Shown in pieces: positions 60,895 through 64,000 of a stretch of 64,000 bases of DNA; within the stretch, counting starts at the first letter, position 1; each line of letters starts with the position of its first letter. The notes beneath the pieces are model-generated. The model did not search any database. It was not told the DNA's origin and saw only the letters and a program-made list of their open reading frames with translations. Origin of the DNA: an uncultured Acidobacteriota bacterium (GTDB lineage: Bacteria > Actinomycetota > Acidimicrobiia > Spongiisociales > ZC4RG35); assembly GCA_963711895.1 (NCBI GenBank), contig CAVQFU010000007.1, positions 547,827 through 611,826 on the forward strand, in the 5' to 3' direction. The position numbers and the translations under genes were made by a program.

Positions 60895-62012
60895 GCAATC
60901 TCATATTCGGCGAGGGCGCTGCGTCGCAACTGAAGGATCTCCTAGGCCAGTATTCAGAGCCAATTCTGGTCGTGAGTGGGCGTGGCTCTTACCGGCAGTC
61001 GGGTGCAGCGGAGGTGATCAAGGAGGCCCTGGCCCAACGCCGCTGGACGCGATATGAAGTCAGCGAACGACTGCCTGGGGAGTCATCGGTTAATGGGGGA
61101 CTCGCCTCGATCGGATCCAGTCGACCCGTCGCCATCGTGGCCGTTGGAGGTGGGGCGGTCGTGGACACGGCCAAAGTCCTGGCTTTGGCAATCACCAATC
61201 CGGGTCTCAATCCGATCGAAGGGTCATCCGCCTTGGCTGCACGCGGTCGATCTGCTCGCGATGCCAACTACGGCGGGATCCGGATCAGAACGCACTCCGT
61301 ACGCGGTCTACTACATGGGCGCCCAAAAACACTCGGTAGCCCACGCGAGTCTCACTCCTAACCATGCCATTGTCGATCCAACTTTGACTTACTCGATGGG
61401 GCGAGAGCTAACAGCGACTTCGGGGCTTGACGTCATATGCCACGCGGTTGAGTCCGCATGGGCTGTCTCGGCATCCGACGAATCGAGGCAGTCCTCATAT
61501 GTCTCCCTCGGGGAGGTGTGGGATGCTATCGGCCTGGCCGTGCATGCCCCTGACCGAGGGGCCCGTCGAGCCATGGCTCGCGCCAGCACAGACGCAGGAG
61601 CCGCCATCGCTACCGCCAAAACAACGGCATCCCATGCCTTGTCTTACTACCTGTCTGCCGTGCACGCCGTACCGCACGGGCTTGCCGCTGCCCTCACCCT
61701 CGGACCGATGTTGGTGTTCAACTCGGGGATCGACGAAGCCAATGTCACTCCCGGCGCCGACCAGGCCACGGTCAAGGAGGCGATCGAGCGGATTTGCGAC
61801 ATTCTGGGTGCAAACGACCCAAGTGAGGCTCAAGCCCTGATCCAGGCCAAGGTGAGCGATCTCGGTTTTCCCAACCGGCTCTCGAATGTGGGCGTAAGCA
61901 ACCATCAGGAGATCGAAGCGATGGTGGACTCGGTCAATCAGCAGCGCCTCGCCAACAATCCCCGGCGATTCGACCGAGACGAGCTTCGAACCTTCCTCGA
62001 GGAGCTCCTTGA
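60891..62012 (+). CDS. Iron-containing alcohol dehydrogenase (phosphonoacetaldehyde reductase-like, PhpC/FomC type); at least two frameshifts (near 61242, 62005)
   Basis: AVGGGAVVDTAKV, MPTTAGSGSE, LDVICHAVES, HALSYYL...HAVPHGLA. The homologous N-terminus (EKFDAGLSNLIFGEG) begins near 60873 but has no in-frame start codon. The TTG at 60891 (TTGA with the ppd stop) is the first usable start, so another indel is likely. The end is inferred at the TGA 62010-62012, overlapping the next TTG start. Confidence 0.65.
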
Positions 62013-63152
62013 GTCTTCGTCACGCCCTGCGGGAGTCGTCGACGCTCGGGGAACTCGTCTTGCGAGACCCGCACATGCGCCCGGTGGTGTTCTATGCCGA
62101 GGACGCCTTCACCTTCGCTCAGTATGAGGGATACGTCGTCGAGCTCCTGTCGAGGGGAGTCCTCCCGGTGGTCTATGTGACGTCGGATGTGAAAGATCCT
62201 CTCTTTAAGAATGCTCCGGTCGGCCTCGAGGTCAGGTACATCGAAAAGCAGCTGGAGCGCTTCATGTCACAGATCACAGGTTCTCTGATCGTGATGACTA
62301 TGCCGGACCTGGGCAGGTTCCATGTGCCGAAACCCGAGCGTTCCAAGGTTCTCTACGTTTTCCACTCGCTCAACAGCGTCCATACGGCCTATCGAGAACG
62401 GGGCTTTCGACCACTATGACGCTTTTGCTTGCACCGGGCCGCACCATGTCCGCGAGCTGACGGTTCTTAGGGCGGCCGGCGGGGCGAACCCCGCTGAGCT
62501 GGCCGAGATCGGCTACTACAAGCTCGATCGAATAGCCCGCGCCCATGCGGACTGGGTCGGTGTGGGCCGCACCACGCCGGAGGTGTTGCTGGCGCCTTCG
62601 TGGGGCCGGCAGAATCTGTTGGAGGCCCACGGGGAAGTAATCGTCGAGTCGCTATTGGCCTCCGGATTCTCGGTGACGATTCGCCCTCATCCTCAGTTCT
62701 TTCACTCGCTCTACCCGGAAGGCGCCGACGTGATGAGAGGTCTTCAAAGACGGTTTGGTGACCTCGACGATGTGAGGTTCGACCTGTCGGTGCGGAGCGA
62801 AGACACTTTCCACTCATCCGCGCTAATGATCAGTGACTGGTCCGGCGCAGCTTTCGAGTACGCACTGGGCACTGCGAGACCGGTGCTTTTCATTGATACG
62901 CCACCCAAGATCTTCAATCCCGATTGGCGGGATGCGGGACTGCCGGGCTTCGAGGACGAGATGCGCTCCAGGGTTGGCCGAGTTGTCTCCACCACCGAGG
63001 TGTCCGACGTCGGCGATAGCGTTACCAACATGTTGGGCGATCCGAGCCTGGATGGGCAACTGACATCACTGCGCCAACGAGTCGTGTTCAATCCCGGGCA
63101 GAGCGCGGCGGCATGCGCCGATCTGATAGAGAGATTGGTCGAGCGCCTCTGA
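62009..63152 (+). CDS. TagB/TagF-family (CDP-glycerol glycerophosphotransferase-like) phosphotransferase; one frameshift (near 62400)
   Basis: Glyphos_transf-like pattern: FHSLNSVHTAY, FDHYDAFACTGPHH, GYYKLD, VLLAPSWG, RPHP, LMISDWSGAAFEYALGTARPVLFID. Split between ORFs 62009..62419 and 62322..63152. Confidence 0.65.
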
Positions 63153-63198
63153 AGCTCAAGAGGCCGCTGAGTGCGGCCGATTCTCAAGACCTGACCTC

Positions 63199-64000
63199 GT
63201 GACGAAGCTATCCGTTCTCATGCCCGTCTACAACGAGGCCCGCACCTTGCGGACCATCGTTCAACGCGTCCTCGCCTCGCCGGTCGACTGTGAGATCGAA
63301 CTGGTATGCGTCGATGACTGTTCGAGTGACAACTCTCTCGAGATCCTCCGCGAGTTGGCCGCGACACGACGACAGGATCAGGGTCATCGCGCAACCGGTC
63401 AACATGGGCAAAGGGAAGGCCATCCGGACAGCGATCGACAACATGAGCGGGGACATCGGGATCATCCAGGATGCCGACCTCGAATATGACCCGGAGGAAT
63501 ATCCGAAGGTCATTCGCCCGCTGCTCGACGGCAAAGCCGACGCTGTCTACGGCTCGCGCTTCGCCTCCAGCGAGGTGCGGAGGGTCCTCTTCTTCTGGCA
63601 CGCCCTCGGCAATCGGGTCCTGACAATGTTCTCCAACATGGCGAACGACCTGAACCTGACCGACATGGAGACCTGTTACAAGGCGGTCCGGGGCGACGTG
63701 CTGAAGCGACTCCGTTTGACATCGGATCGTTTCGGACTGGAGCCCGAGTTGACCGCCCGGCTGGCGCAATGGGGTGCCCGGATCTACGAGGTCCCGATCA
63801 GCTATCACGGACGGACGTACGCCGAGGGTAAGAACATCGGGTGGCGTGACGGTGTCGAAGCGCTTTGGCTCATCTTCAAGTTCAGATTCCTCGACACGAA
63901 GGCAACCGACGAGACGTCAGTGGTGACGAGGCAATCGTTGGGCCGCGCCACCCGCTTTCGCAAATGGTCGTTGGAGCGATTCGGGGATCATCTCGGTCAG
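63199..64000 (+). CDS. Family-2 glycosyltransferase (polyprenol-phosphate sugar synthase-like), 3' end outside the window; one frameshift (63364)
   Basis: LSVLMPVYNE and VCVDDCSSD in ORF 63199..63489. The sequence IRVIAQPVNMGKGKA, QDADLEYD (DxD), VYGSRF and beyond continue in the next frame, which stays open to the window end. Confidence 0.8.

Noticed and set aside
58419-62012. Interpreting the Fom1-like, Ppd and Fe-ADH trio as a fosfomycin-type antibiotic gene cluster.
   Set aside because: No radical-SAM methyltransferase, HppE epoxidase, resistance kinase or hydrolase is visible. The following genes are polymer-type transferases, which points to a structural phosphonate instead. The region downstream of the window is unseen.
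36600-63400. Programmed ribosomal frameshifting or transcriptional slippage as the cause of the split genes.
   Set aside because: There are too many sites, with no shared slippery heptamer or downstream structure. The sites include genes never known to be recoded (uvrB, coaE, murC, ileS).

Overview
High-GC, actinobacterial-type chromosomal segment. The taxon cannot be verified here, and all identifications rest on motifs and gene order read by eye, with no searches run.

Layout:
- 1-9.25 kb: distal dcw/division cluster ftsW-murG-murC-murB-ftsQ-ftsZ-pgeF-yggS-sepF-yggT-divIVA.
- 9.4-36.2 kb: housekeeping and transport genes. These are ileS, a DksA/TraR zinc finger, lspA, rluD, a rhomboid protease, an MFS transporter, dnaE, a HAD-IB hydrolase, two ArsA/Get3-like ATPases, a two-domain ThyX-like protein, an EamA transporter, nth, a MATE transporter, a second MFS transporter, ccdA, ygfZ, tRNA-Leu(CAA), polA and rpsA.
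- 36.4-47.5 kb: a Tad/Flp pilus locus. It contains cpaB, cpaE, cpaF, a vWA-TadB fusion, tadC and an unknown polytopic membrane protein. Convergent to these are four tandem flp pilin genes preceded by a NarL-type two-component system.
- 47.5-52 kb: coaE, a membrane sulfatase-like protein and uvrB.
- 52-64 kb: an apparent envelope-modification region. It holds an acyltransferase-3, three tandem paralogous membrane-anchored sulfatase/LtaS-like proteins, and a divergent phosphonate operon. The operon encodes a cytidylyltransferase-PEP mutase fusion, phosphonopyruvate decarboxylase, an Fe-alcohol dehydrogenase, a TagB/F-like phosphotransferase and a GT2 that runs off the window.

Main caveat: by manual reading, about 39 recognisable proteins continue in another reading frame, implying single-base indels. 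Only 4 of these lie in the first 36 kb and about 35 lie in the last 28 kb. Many ORF-track entries are therefore fragments or artificial fusions, and I report the reconstructed gene spans.

Most interesting candidate: the phosphonate operon plus sulfatase-like array, possibly a system that decorates the cell surface with a CMP-activated phosphonate.
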